A DNA stretch of 64,000 nt from Minisyncoccota bacterium (GTDB lineage Bacteria; Patescibacteriota; Minisyncoccia; Phycocordibacterales; UBA9973): the NCBI GenBank assembly GCA_021734995.1, contig JAIPHX010000002.1:80189-144188 (forward strand). The letters are read 5' to 3'. The notes beneath the pieces are model-generated. The model saw nothing but the letters and a program-made list of their open reading frames with translations. It did no database searches and was not told the origin of the DNA. Of this stretch, positions 29,722-39,511 are shown piece by piece. How positions within the stretch are numbered: position 1 is the first letter of the stretch; the number at the start of each line of letters is the position of its first letter. A program made the translations under genes and the position numbers.

Positions 29722-32700
29722 TTATTGTTCTTTGTATGTTGGCTTTTTTGCTGTTCCTCCATCTTCAGTAACATTAAGGGTGACACTTTTTGGAGCAAAC
29801 CGAGTTCCTTCTCCAGTACAATACAAAGTGTATACATGTTGACCTTCTGTCTGAAATGGACCAACAAGGGAACTCCCCTCTGTTGCTCCCTTTGTATCAA
29901 AACCATCTCCATTACACTCTATAGCATTCATAGAAGACCAAGAAAGAGTAGAAGTGGCATCAAAAGCAATCCAAGAAGGACTCACAGAAAGACTGGAAGA
30001 ATATATAGTTTCTCCTTTTTTACAAATTTCTTCTTTGTCATCCCAATAAAGGTTACTTGCACAATCTGCTGAAGCATTACTTGTGTCTAACTCCACTCCA
30101 TTGTGATACAAGAAAAACCCATATGTTTCTTTTTTTACTGAATATTTTACCTTTGTACCAGAAGTATCTGTTGAGACTACAGTATTGCGAGGAGGATTCA
30201 CAGTAACAGCAGTATCCGCTTCTGCGGTTAGATTACCAGTAGACCAAGTCAAAGAAATATCACAACTTCCGCTGTTTTCTTGAATAATACAACCTGTCGC
30301 AGAAAGGTTCCCAAACGGCACTCCGGCTTCTCCAACATTTACGCTTACCCAAGCTCCACAGTTGTTGGTTTCATCTGATTCTGTGATTTCCCCATTATTA
30401 TCACTAGAAGATTTATCGGCACATACTCGGATCCAATAAGATCCATTATTGTCAAAAGTATGTTGTTTTGTAATACTTTGATTTGTTCCCGCAGAAAGAG
30501 ATGATATTTGAACAGAAGAAAGGTCTGTGATATTCCCTTCAGCATTATCTGGATTATGATCTGCTACTTGGAAAAAGTTTGGGAAAGCAGTAGAGATGTT
30601 TGCACTACCAATGTTTGAAATACTTCCAGAAAGATTGGCTACTTGTTCTGCAGAGAAATTTGTTGGCCCTGTATAGCTAGCAGTAAGGTCAGGAGAAGGG
30701 CCAACTTTTACAGAAATACTACCCCAACCAGAACAGTTGTTGTTTTCTAGAGATTCTGTTATTTTCCCATCATCACCACTATTTTTCTTGTCTACACAAG
30801 CTCGGAGCCAATATGTTCCCACAGCATTAAATGTATGACTTGTAGTCATTGTTTCAGAACTATTTACTCCTAAATTTTTAAAATCATAAGAAGTAAGATC
30901 TGTAATTGCAGCAGTTTCTCCTCCTCCTTGAGCATTCGCTACTTTAGCGAATGAATTATATGAACTATTCCCTTGTCCAGAAGGGGCACCTATTCCTTCT
31001 TCTCCACTAGGATCAGGATTTATGGCTGAAACTTGCATAAATCCATCAAAACCACCACCTGTAGCTTTTAATCCTTGGTTTGTAGCGACAGCTGTAAGAT
31101 TTAATGCTTGATTTACTGTAGCTTCTTTTGGAGAAACACTACTTATCACAAGATCAGGCATTGGATTATCTGCTAAAGCTATTGTAGTCCAAGCCCCACA
31201 GTTATTTCCTTCATCTACTTCAGTAATTGTCCCTGCACTATTTCTATTTTCTTTATCTACACAAAGACGCATCTTATATCCACCTTCAGAATATGCTCTT
31301 AAATCAACATTACTTAAATTAATTAACTTCTCCTCTCCTGCATTCAAAGCATTTACATCAAAACTTGGAAGATCAACCTCTATTAATGCATTTACTATTT
31401 GTGCTCCATGTTTAAAAGCTGAAAGGGGTAATTCTTGTAATTGCAAAAATGCCTTGAAAGATGCTCCTGTAGCTACTCCACCAATATTTTTTACACTTGT
31501 ATTTATTGATGCATTTGGTCCAATTTGAAAAGTCGTAGGGCTGATACCCCCAGGAATAAGATCAGGAAGGGACCCGATGACAATTTTAGAATATGGATGG
31601 CTACAGTTATTGTCTTCATCTGACTCCACTATGCGTCCTAGATCTAAAATATTTTGTTTATCAGTACAAACCCGCACCCAGTATGTACCGGATTGAGTAA
31701 AGGTATGGTTTACATCTACAGTCAAAGATCCCCCTGGTGCAAGTGGTGGCTTTGCCACTGCTGGTGTTGAGTATGGGAATTGAGAGCTTGTCTGCGCGTT
31801 TACCTTTTTTGTGTTTTTAGTTAACTTCGCTAAAATATTTTCTTTTACACCTCTCTGTTGGGTCAGCTCTGGATTTGAGCTTGGGTCTTGATCTGTTATT
31901 TGGAAAAAGGAATTAAAGCTAGCACCTGTGGTTTCTCCTCCAATGTTTTTAACAATAGCAGAAAATTTTACTGGTTTATTTATAGTAGAAGCTGTAGGGG
32001 TGAATGTTACAGGGTCTGGGCGAAGATCTGGGGGGATTTTAACATCAATAACCAAACTATTACTTAAAATATTATTATTATCTTGGTCTTTACCCTTAAT
32101 ATTAAAAGTGATTTTTCCTGATCTTGAGGATAAATTTTTAGTCAGAACAACACCATTAACAGGACCTGAAAAATCAGGAGTACTATACCCAGAATTAACA
32201 TTCATACTTGTTGGATTATAATTAAATATATTATGTTCTATATCAGAGACACCTAACTTTTCTAGATTAAAACTAAGTACTTCAGAATTTTGGTTCGAAA
32301 ATGTAATTTTCTTTTCACTACTTACTGGTGTATTAGAAACCCCTCCTGTCCCAGTATTAACATTACCACTCCAATTAATTTTTAAATAAGGAGAAGCGGG
32401 TGTTTCTAATACATGAATTTTTGCATATCCTACAGTTTTGTATTCAGGAAATTCAGATTCAACTCCTTGAACTCGCAAAGTATAATCCCCGGCAGTAGTT
32501 GTGGGCAGAGAAACAATATTTACTGCTGTTGTCCCTAAAGAAATATTAAATTTTTTGACGGTAGAAGGGTTTTTACCGCTTACCTCTATAGCATTAATAC
32601 AACCATTTTGTTGACAATCTCCTTGAAATAAGCTTACATAGTCTGAATATGTATTCACTTGATTTCCATTTTTCTTTACTAAATTAAACATAAAAGACTC

Positions 32701-33624
32701 TCCAATAGAGATTGTTTTTGGTTCTGGAGACAACACAATACATAGAGGACAATCCACTTTTATAGTTGCTGTCTTAGATAACCCATACGGAGAAGTAAAG
32801 GTAACAGAACGTTCATAAGGAAAAGTAGATACTTTTTGACTCAAAAGACTTTCTTTAATTTTCATACATTTAAGTGGTTCTTCTTGTGGATTATTATTAA
32901 AATAACAATTCACAAAAGGCAAATCAAAAATATCACCCAAGTTCTGACCAGTAACATTAGCAGTATGACTAATATTAGGACCTTCTTTTATTAAAAATTT
33001 TATTGTTTCACCTGGAGTTGTATTATAAAATGAAGGGGCTACCATTAACCCTGATGGGTGTGCGGTAACTGTTACAGGTAAGTCTATCTCTTTTTGACCC
33101 AACTTAATCTGATCCCCTCTCCAAGCACGTTTGTAAGCTTTTACTTTAAAGGTAAATGTTTCAACTTGAGTAACTGTGCTATTCATTTTTAGTGAAAAAC
33201 CTTCCACATTACCATTAAAGATGGTAATGTTACTTGGTTTATTTTCAGTAACTAAATTACCATTATTTAATACAAAAACAATATCACACCCTGTTATTAT
33301 TGTCCCATTATTATTTGTTACCCCGTAACCATATTTTTCGCAAGATACTGCAGTATTAGGAGGAGTACCAGTACATTCATCGTATCCAGATACATCACAA
33401 CCCACTGAGTCATTAAGAAAATTCGTTAATTCCGGCCCTGGATTTGGTGTTTGAATAAACAAATACTGTTCATAGGAAGAACCAGTTCCATATTGCATAT
33501 TTGCACTTCTTGGATAAATCCCGACACCACCATCACCACCACCCACTGCATAAACAGGGGTAAAAAAAGATAAGCTAAAAACAAAACAAAACACTAGAAA
33601 GATATATTTTATATATTTAGACAT
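29722..33624 (-). CDS. Large secreted surface protein with four CARDB-like Ig domains
   Basis: Signal peptide (PVYA); four PDL...N.G...RxCxD...I.E..E.NNC repeats. Confidence 0.85.
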   Translation of the reverse strand: MSKYIKYIFLVFCFVFSLSFFTPVYAVGGGDGGVGIYPRSANMQYGTGSSYEQYLFIQTPNPGPELTNFLNDSVGCDVSGYDECTGTPPNTAVSCEKYGYGVTNNNGTIITGCDIVFVLNNGNLVTENKPSNITIFNGNVEGFSLKMNSTVTQVETFTFKVKAYKRAWRGDQIKLGQKEIDLPVTVTAHPSGLMVAPSFYNTTPGETIKFLIKEGPNISHTANVTGQNLGDIFDLPFVNCYFNNNPQEEPLKCMKIKESLLSQKVSTFPYERSVTFTSPYGLSKTATIKVDCPLCIVLSPEPKTISIGESFMFNLVKKNGNQVNTYSDYVSLFQGDCQQNGCINAIEVSGKNPSTVKKFNISLGTTAVNIVSLPTTTAGDYTLRVQGVESEFPEYKTVGYAKIHVLETPASPYLKINWSGNVNTGTGGVSNTPVSSEKKITFSNQNSEVLSFNLEKLGVSDIEHNIFNYNPTSMNVNSGYSTPDFSGPVNGVVLTKNLSSRSGKITFNIKGKDQDNNNILSNSLVIDVKIPPDLRPDPVTFTPTASTINKPVKFSAIVKNIGGETTGASFNSFFQITDQDPSSNPELTQQRGVKENILAKLTKNTKKVNAQTSSQFPYSTPAVAKPPLAPGGSLTVDVNHTFTQSGTYWVRVCTDKQNILDLGRIVESDEDNNCSHPYSKIVIGSLPDLIPGGISPTTFQIGPNASINTSVKNIGGVATGASFKAFLQLQELPLSAFKHGAQIVNALIEVDLPSFDVNALNAGEEKLINLSNVDLRAYSEGGYKMRLCVDKENRNSAGTITEVDEGNNCGAWTTIALADNPMPDLVISSVSPKEATVNQALNLTAVATNQGLKATGGGFDGFMQVSAINPDPSGEEGIGAPSGQGNSSYNSFAKVANAQGGGETAAITDLTSYDFKNLGVNSSETMTTSHTFNAVGTYWLRACVDKKNSGDDGKITESLENNNCSGWGSISVKVGPSPDLTASYTGPTNFSAEQVANLSGSISNIGSANISTAFPNFFQVADHNPDNAEGNITDLSSVQISSLSAGTNQSITKQHTFDNNGSYWIRVCADKSSSDNNGEITESDETNNCGAWVSVNVGEAGVPFGNLSATGCIIQENSGSCDISLTWSTGNLTAEADTAVTVNPPRNTVVSTDTSGTKVKYSVKKETYGFFLYHNGVELDTSNASADCASNLYWDDKEEICKKGETIYSSSLSVSPSWIAFDATSTLSWSSMNAIECNGDGFDTKGATEGSSLVGPFQTEGQHVYTLYCTGEGTRFAPKSVTLNVTEDGGTAKKPTYKEQ

Positions 33625-33700
33625 TTGATTAATTTAATTAAATTGATTATATTAATTATATCTTTTTTTAAATATTTATACAAGTAAAAAGATCCCTAAA

Positions 33701-33733
33701 AATAAAAACCGCACAATTTTGTGTGGTTTTTAT
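33701..33733. terminator. Intrinsic terminator
   Basis: ATAAAAACCGCACA...TGTGTGGTTTTTAT. Confidence 0.7.
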
Positions 33734-33751
33734 TTTTCATCTTTATATCAC

Positions 33752-34489
33752 TTATTGAGTCAGTAATGGTTTCAATTTCCCTGGATATTCTTGAACCTCA
33801 ACATATGCATGGTTGGTCATCTCATTATTATCCAAATTTATACCAATCTTCTTTACTTTCTTCCCTGCAGGAATAGGCCAATAATGTGTTTGCCAATCAT
33901 TAGTTAAAATTTTTCTTGAACCACCATAGATATCAAACCCACCTCCATAATAAGAAAGAGCTACTGTTATTGCCCCCTCCCCTCGTACAGTTAATGGAAC
34001 TTGATTTCCTGAAATAGTTACATATTTGTTGAAAGTACCTTGAAAAGATTGCAACTGATTCGGCTCAAAACCTTGTTTTTCAATAATATTGTTTGCATAA
34101 TTTATATTTCTATTTTCTGACCTTCTTGAAATTAAAACATTATTATTTTTTTCAAAATTAAACTTATTAGTTAAATTTATATCACTTCTTTTTGATCCAG
34201 TTAATCTACTTGTGTCGTAATTTCTTTCATTATCTACACTAGATAATCTGTTTAACGGCAAAACATCTTTTATGTTTTTTGTAATATCCTCACCAACAAC
34301 AGTAGCTCTTGTATTTAAATTTAATAAGTGCAGACTAGAAAGTCTAAAAGTGCTGTCCACATACCCTTGCAATAACATAGATTCTGGTAAGTAGCCAGAA
34401 AACTCCCACCCACTCGCCTCCACCTTCTCCGCAAAAGAGAAAGATGCGACTAAAGCTAGGGACAAAATTGTTAATATTATTTTTTTCAT
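33752..34489 (-). CDS. Secreted protein, paralog A
   Basis: Signal peptide ending KVEA; close paralog of 35410. Confidence 0.8.
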   Translation of the reverse strand: MKKIILTILSLALVASFSFAEKVEASGWEFSGYLPESMLLQGYVDSTFRLSSLHLLNLNTRATVVGEDITKNIKDVLPLNRLSSVDNERNYDTSRLTGSKRSDINLTNKFNFEKNNNVLISRRSENRNINYANNIIEKQGFEPNQLQSFQGTFNKYVTISGNQVPLTVRGEGAITVALSYYGGGFDIYGGSRKILTNDWQTHYWPIPAGKKVKKIGINLDNNEMTNHAYVEVQEYPGKLKPLLTQ

Positions 34490-34654
34490 TTTTTTATAAT
34501 TAGTCTATTAAAATATAATTTATGTTTTAATGATTAAAGTTAATTGATAAACTTTTCGCACATTTCGCACAAATAGTACTTATATAATATCTACTTAGTA
34601 GTATACCACAAATAAAATAAAAAAGCAATTAGCAAGCCTAAAAAGTGGATAGCC

Positions 34655-34663
34655 TGTGGATAA
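34655..34663. promoter_or_regulatory. DnaA box
   Basis: TGTGGATAA perfect match, intergenic. Confidence 0.5.
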
Positions 34664-34750
34664 CTTTTTGGGGCTAAAATAGCCTTACCTTATAAGGGTT
34701 TTATAGATACAGAAAATAAAAAAATATAAACATTTGATACTGAGACAAAA

Positions 34751-34781
34751 ATAAAAAACCATCCATACGGCGGTTTTTTAT
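34751..34781. terminator. Intrinsic terminator
   Basis: ATAAAAAACC...GGTTTTTTAT. Confidence 0.6.
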
Positions 34782-34798
34782 TAATTTAGAAATCTAAA

Positions 34799-35398
34799 TT
34801 ATTGAGTAATTAATCCAGGAGATTTTAATTGGATATAAGGGCTTTCTAATGTTCCTCTATTACTTAATTCTAAAACAATAGTTGTAATTGTGGCATTTGG
34901 TTTAACAGGATATGTGTATGTTCTCCAATTTGGAGTCAAAACGGCTCCTTGACCAAAAGCTATAAATCCACCATCGGAATAAGCAAGGGCAAAATTAACT
35001 CTTCCTTCCCCTTTTACTGTAAAAGTAATAGTATTTTGTTGTAAATTAACTTCTTGTACAAATTTTGTAGCAAAATCAACAACTTGAACATCTTCAGGAT
35101 TGTTTTGGTTCCCTATTTTAGAATCTGTGTTTACTGTTGATCTTAAATCATTTGAACGAGAAATAGCAGTAAGAGCATTTAGTGGAGGATCCCCTACTTG
35201 CTTTGCATGCAAAGCAACATATTTATTACTAGGTATTACCCACCCTTTTATTATAGCCCCTGGAGGAAAAGACATGTAATTAGCAAAATACCAACTACCT
35301 CCTTTACCTGAATATGGTTCTGCTTTAGCTGTATCTCCAAACAAAGGAGAAAAAGCTACCGCTAGAAACAAAATTGTTATGTATATTATTTTTTTCAT
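34799..35398 (-). CDS. Secreted protein, distant paralog B
   Basis: Signal peptide ending AKA; shares TVKGEG...LAYSDGGF...LTPNWRTYTYP. Confidence 0.8.
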   Translation of the reverse strand: MKKIIYITILFLAVAFSPLFGDTAKAEPYSGKGGSWYFANYMSFPPGAIIKGWVIPSNKYVALHAKQVGDPPLNALTAISRSNDLRSTVNTDSKIGNQNNPEDVQVVDFATKFVQEVNLQQNTITFTVKGEGRVNFALAYSDGGFIAFGQGAVLTPNWRTYTYPVKPNATITTIVLELSNRGTLESPYIQLKSPGLITQ

Positions 35399-35409
35399 CT
35401 TTATACTAC

Positions 35410-36021
35410 TTATTGTTCTAATAATGGTTTCAATCTGTCTGATTGTTCTTTAATCTCAACATATGCATGATTAGTTTGATAATTGTTTTGCAAATTTATA
35501 CTTATCATACTAACTTTTTTACCTGCAGGAATTGGCCAATAATATGTTTTGAAATCACTTGTTAAAACTTTTCTTAAAGTACCATATATTGTAAAGCCTC
35601 CATTTTGATAAGACAAAGTAACTACAATAGCACCTTCTCCTCGTACAGTTAAAGGAACTTGATTTCCTGAGACAGTTACATATTTATTGAAATTACCTTG
35701 AAAACTCTCAAAGTTGTTAGGCTCAAATCCTATTGCATTACTAATATTAATTGCATGGCCAGTGGTTCTATCTACATACCTTTTTATTGTTGAAACACTG
35801 TTTCTGTGACTATCAATCAAAGATGCGCCACCTCTTCTTGTATCAATTCTTTCTAAATGCAGACCAACAATTCGAGAGGACACATTCTCTATGTGTTGAT
35901 TTATTATAAAATTTTCTGGAAAATAACCAGCAAACTCCCACCCACTCGCCTCCACCTTATCCGCAAAAGAGAAAGACACCACTAAAGCTAAAGATAGGAT
36001 TGTTAATATTATTTTTTTCAT
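35410..36021 (-). CDS. Secreted protein, paralog C
   Basis: Start at MKKIILTILS by alignment with 33752. Confidence 0.8.
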   Translation of the reverse strand: MKKIILTILSLALVVSFSFADKVEASGWEFAGYFPENFIINQHIENVSSRIVGLHLERIDTRRGGASLIDSHRNSVSTIKRYVDRTTGHAINISNAIGFEPNNFESFQGNFNKYVTVSGNQVPLTVRGEGAIVVTLSYQNGGFTIYGTLRKVLTSDFKTYYWPIPAGKKVSMISINLQNNYQTNHAYVEIKEQSDRLKPLLEQ

Positions 36022-36187
36022 ACTTTTCACATTTTTCATATTCATTTATGTTTGTTAATCTAACACACATTTTAAAATATGTAAATCGCCTGTGATAATG
36101 TGCACACACATATGGTGGTTAATTAAGACTGCCATATCTATGCGAATTTATACACATTACCTTCGTATCCCCCTCCCCATAAAGCCC

Positions 36188-36254
36188 TTGCATTATGTTT
36201 TCACATATAGTACTATATATAGCATACAAGTCCTGCACCGAAGGGGCTTTTTTT
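36188..36254 (+). promoter_or_regulatory. nusA promoter (TTGCAT-N17-TACTAT) with terminator-like leader hairpin
   Basis: AAGTCCT...GGGGCTT followed by a T-tract before the nusA ATG. Confidence 0.55.
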
Positions 36255-36280
36255 ATTTAAAATAACACACAATTAAATAT

Positions 36281-37534
36281 ATGTTAGACATAAAAACATT
36301 CAAATCAGCGTTAGAACAACTAGAAACTGAAAGAAAAATTCCAAAAGAAAAAATACTTGAAGCGATAGAGCAAGCCATGGCTGCCGCCTACAAAAAAGAC
36401 TACGGAAAGCGTGGGCAGATTATTCGTGCCAAATTTGACCAAGACACAGGAGTGGTAGATTTTTATCAAATCAAAATAGTAGTAGATGAAAGCATTGCTA
36501 GAATGGATGAACCAGAAGAAGGAGAAGAAGAATATTCATTCAAAGACACCGAAGATGAGAGAGTTCGTTTTAATTCTGAGCACCACATTCTTCTTGAAGA
36601 TGCTCGTATTATAAAAAAAGACGCAGAATTAAATGACGAAATTGTCTTTCCACTAGAAGCAAAAGACGATTATGGACGCATTGCAGCTCAAACAGCCAAG
36701 CAAGTCATAATTCAAAAGATTAGAGAAGCAGAAAGAACATCTATCATGGATGAATATGGTACAAAAGAAGGAGAGATTGTTTCTGGAATGGTTCAAAAGA
36801 TAGAGAGAGGAAATATTTATGTAGATTTTAATAGAGCTACAGGGGTAATAACTCAAGAAGAACAAATTCCTAGAGAATATTTTGACAGAGGTCAGAGAAT
36901 CAAAGCATACCTATACTCTGTAGAAGATGCTCCAAGGGGTATTAGTCTTCGTCTTTCTCGTACTCACCCAAAGTTTTTAGAAAAACTTTTTATGGTTGAA
37001 GCTCCTGAGATAGAAAGTGGAGTAGTAGAAATAAAGTCCATTGCCAGAGAAGCAGGATCTCGTTCAAAGATTGCTGTTCTTTCAAATGATGAGCACATTG
37101 ATCCTGTAGGATCTTGTGTTGGACAAAAAGGAACAAGAGTAAACACTGTATCTCAAGAACTTGCTGGAGAAAAAATAGACATTATCCCATGGTCTGAAGA
37201 CCCTAAAACTTTTATTACAAACGCTCTTTCCCCTGCTAAAGTAATATCAATTGAAATAAATGAAGAAGAAAAACAAGCTCTAGTAGAAGTACCTGAAGCA
37301 GAATTATCTCTTGCAATCGGAAAAGGCGGACAAAATGTAAGACTTGCTGCAAAACTTACTGGTTGGAAAATAGACATCAAAGGAAATGGTGCGGAATCTA
37401 CAGAAGAGAAAGAAACAGATAATACGACTGATTCTGAAGAAAACACAGATGATGCGACAAGTGACTCAGAAACAGCAGAAAACAACACAGAAAATGATGC
37501 AGAGATTGTCACAGAAAAAGAAGAGACTAAATAA
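36281..37534 (+). CDS. nusA: Transcription termination/antitermination factor NusA
   Basis: GRIAAQTAKQVI, AREAGSRSKIAV, AIGKGGQNVRLA. Confidence 0.98.
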   Translation: MLDIKTFKSALEQLETERKIPKEKILEAIEQAMAAAYKKDYGKRGQIIRAKFDQDTGVVDFYQIKIVVDESIARMDEPEEGEEEYSFKDTEDERVRFNSEHHILLEDARIIKKDAELNDEIVFPLEAKDDYGRIAAQTAKQVIIQKIREAERTSIMDEYGTKEGEIVSGMVQKIERGNIYVDFNRATGVITQEEQIPREYFDRGQRIKAYLYSVEDAPRGISLRLSRTHPKFLEKLFMVEAPEIESGVVEIKSIAREAGSRSKIAVLSNDEHIDPVGSCVGQKGTRVNTVSQELAGEKIDIIPWSEDPKTFITNALSPAKVISIEINEEEKQALVEVPEAELSLAIGKGGQNVRLAAKLTGWKIDIKGNGAESTEEKETDNTTDSEENTDDATSDSETAENNTENDAEIVTEKEETK

Positions 37535-37571
37535 AACTTGAAAAAAGAAATTAGAGTAGTATTATAGACAT

Positions 37572-38156
37572 ATGGCAAACATAGATCAAAAACCTTCAAA
37601 ATATATGCTTAATCTTTTGCATGTTCTTTCTCCTTTTGCGGATGAAGAAAAAAAGGTATTAAACGCTATCGTAGAAATAAACTCAGGGACTATCAATAAA
37701 TACGAGCTGATTACTGAGACAGGTCAATTAAAATTAGACCGAGTGGGATATTCTTCCCTCGCTTATCCTTTTGCTTATGGAGCAATTCCTAAAACATGGG
37801 ATTACGATGGTGATCCACTTGATATAGAGATTGTAAATGTTATGGAGCCATTAGTTCCAGGATGTCTAGTAGAGGCCCGTATCATTGGTGTAATGAAATT
37901 TGAAGATGCTGGAGAAATAGATGACAAAATCATTGCAGTCTTGGCAGACGACAGGAGAAGTGATCATATTCAATCCTTAGAAGATTTAGGAGGGCAATTT
38001 CAAAAAGAGACTACTTACTACTGGGAACATATCAAACACTTAAAAAAACCAGGTACAGGCATCATTAAAGGTTTTTTTGATAAAGAAGAAGCTATCAAAG
38101 TTGTCCAAGAGTGTGCTGATAGATACACTGATATATATTTAAAGAAGTTTGAATAA
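37572..38156 (+). CDS. ppa: Inorganic pyrophosphatase (family I)
   Basis: NKYE, LDR, YPFAYGAIPKT, DGDPLD, DDKIIAV. Confidence 0.93.
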   Translation: MANIDQKPSKYMLNLLHVLSPFADEEKKVLNAIVEINSGTINKYELITETGQLKLDRVGYSSLAYPFAYGAIPKTWDYDGDPLDIEIVNVMEPLVPGCLVEARIIGVMKFEDAGEIDDKIIAVLADDRRSDHIQSLEDLGGQFQKETTYYWEHIKHLKKPGTGIIKGFFDKEEAIKVVQECADRYTDIYLKKFE

Positions 38157-38172
38157 AGAAAGTTTTTTCCAC

Positions 38173-38199
38173 AAAATCCCCTTTTATAAAGGGGATTTT
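38173..38199. terminator. Intrinsic terminator after ppa
   Basis: AAAATCCCCTTT-TAT-AAAGGGGATTTT. Confidence 0.7.
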
Positions 38200-38293
38200 G
38201 AATTTTAGTGACTAAATGTATTTATTTCTGCTATAATAAAAAGGTGTCTTTTCCGACACTGGTTATTATTAGTATTTAATATAAATAAAAAAA

Positions 38294-39109
38294 ATGAAAA
38301 CAAAAAATTATTCACGCATATTATCACTCGCTTTGGTTTTAGTTTTTTCTTTGGCTTTTAGCCAAGTAGTATTAGCAGAAAGTTCAAATCCACTTTCTCC
38401 AAGTCCAAGACCTCTTCCTCCTGTAAAACCAGAAAGGAAAGAAATTAAAGACAAGTTTGAAATTGAAAAAAAAGAACTTAAAGAAGAAATGAAGGCAGAA
38501 AAAGACGAAGTTAAAAAATTACTAGATGAGAAGAAAGAGAGCATCAAAACTGAAATGGAAGCAAAGAGAGAAGCTGTCAAAAATGCAATGGAATTAAAAA
38601 GAGAAGAAATCAAAAAGAATCTAGAAGTTAAAAGAGAAAACTTGAGAGAAAAATTTGAAGACAAAAAACCAAGTTTAGTTAATAGTTTAAAAGAAAAAAT
38701 AGCTGGTAATGATGATAAAAAACCTGAAGCTCCTGCTGTACGAGTAGCTTTCAATTTTGGAACAGTAGCTGAAAATTTAGCCAAAATTGCAGATAGAATA
38801 AATTCAAGAATAGATACAGTAGAAGAATTAGGAGCAGATGTTTCTGTTTCAAGAGAATTTATGACTTCAGCAGAGACTAGTCTTGCAAAAGCTATGGGCT
38901 ATATATCAGAACTAAAAACAAATGTTGACACAAAGACCGCAAACATGGAACAAGCAAAGACTTTAGCAAAATCAGCAAAAGAAGCATTAAAAGAAGCTCA
39001 TGGTTACATGAGAAAAGCATTAGAGAGCTTAAAAACAAAAGCTTCTGAAGTAAGGAAAAGTGTTACCTCAAGTTCTGCAGAAGTCGCTCCAAGCGCTGAA
39101 GTAGAATAA
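38294..39109 (+). CDS. Secreted coiled-coil protein
   Basis: Signal peptide (VLA) then E/K-rich helices. Confidence 0.8.
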   Translation: MKTKNYSRILSLALVLVFSLAFSQVVLAESSNPLSPSPRPLPPVKPERKEIKDKFEIEKKELKEEMKAEKDEVKKLLDEKKESIKTEMEAKREAVKNAMELKREEIKKNLEVKRENLREKFEDKKPSLVNSLKEKIAGNDDKKPEAPAVRVAFNFGTVAENLAKIADRINSRIDTVEELGADVSVSREFMTSAETSLAKAMGYISELKTNVDTKTANMEQAKTLAKSAKEALKEAHGYMRKALESLKTKASEVRKSVTSSSAEVAPSAEVE

Positions 39110-39157
39110 TATTAAAAGTCGTATCATTTATAAATTAACAATAATTTAACAAATAAA

Positions 39158-39412
39158 ATGGAACCAACAGTAGAAAAATCAAAAAATGTTTGGGTTAGTG
39201 TAATTATAATAGTGCTTATGCTTGTAATAGGAGGAATATATCTTCTAAATAATAAAGGAAGCATGGAAAACAACACTGAGGAGTCTGCAGTCGTAGAAGA
39301 ATCTGCTGAAATGTCAGTAGAGACAGCTCCTACTGTGACTGAAATCCAAAATATTGAAGAAGATTTGGGAGATTCTATGAATATAGATAATTTGGACGAA
39401 GGTTTGCAATAA
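39158..39412 (+). CDS. Small single-pass membrane protein
   Basis: One TM helix and acidic tail. Confidence 0.75.
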   Translation: MEPTVEKSKNVWVSVIIIVLMLVIGGIYLLNNKGSMENNTEESAVVEESAEMSVETAPTVTEIQNIEEDLGDSMNIDNLDEGLQ

Positions 39413-39432
39413 TTATTGTAACAGTTCTCTAC

Positions 39433-39457
39433 AAAAAACCCTTAAACGGGGTTTTTT
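39433..39457 (+). terminator. Intrinsic terminator
   Basis: AAAAAACCC...GGGTTTTTT. Confidence 0.65.
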
Positions 39458-39511
39458 GTTTTTCTATACAAAAATTTGAAAATAAAAGAGTTTTAGTATA
39501 GGATAAAGTTT

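Noticed and set aside
34553-34571. TTTCGCACA direct repeat as a regulator site
   Set aside because: Only two short copies with no further support
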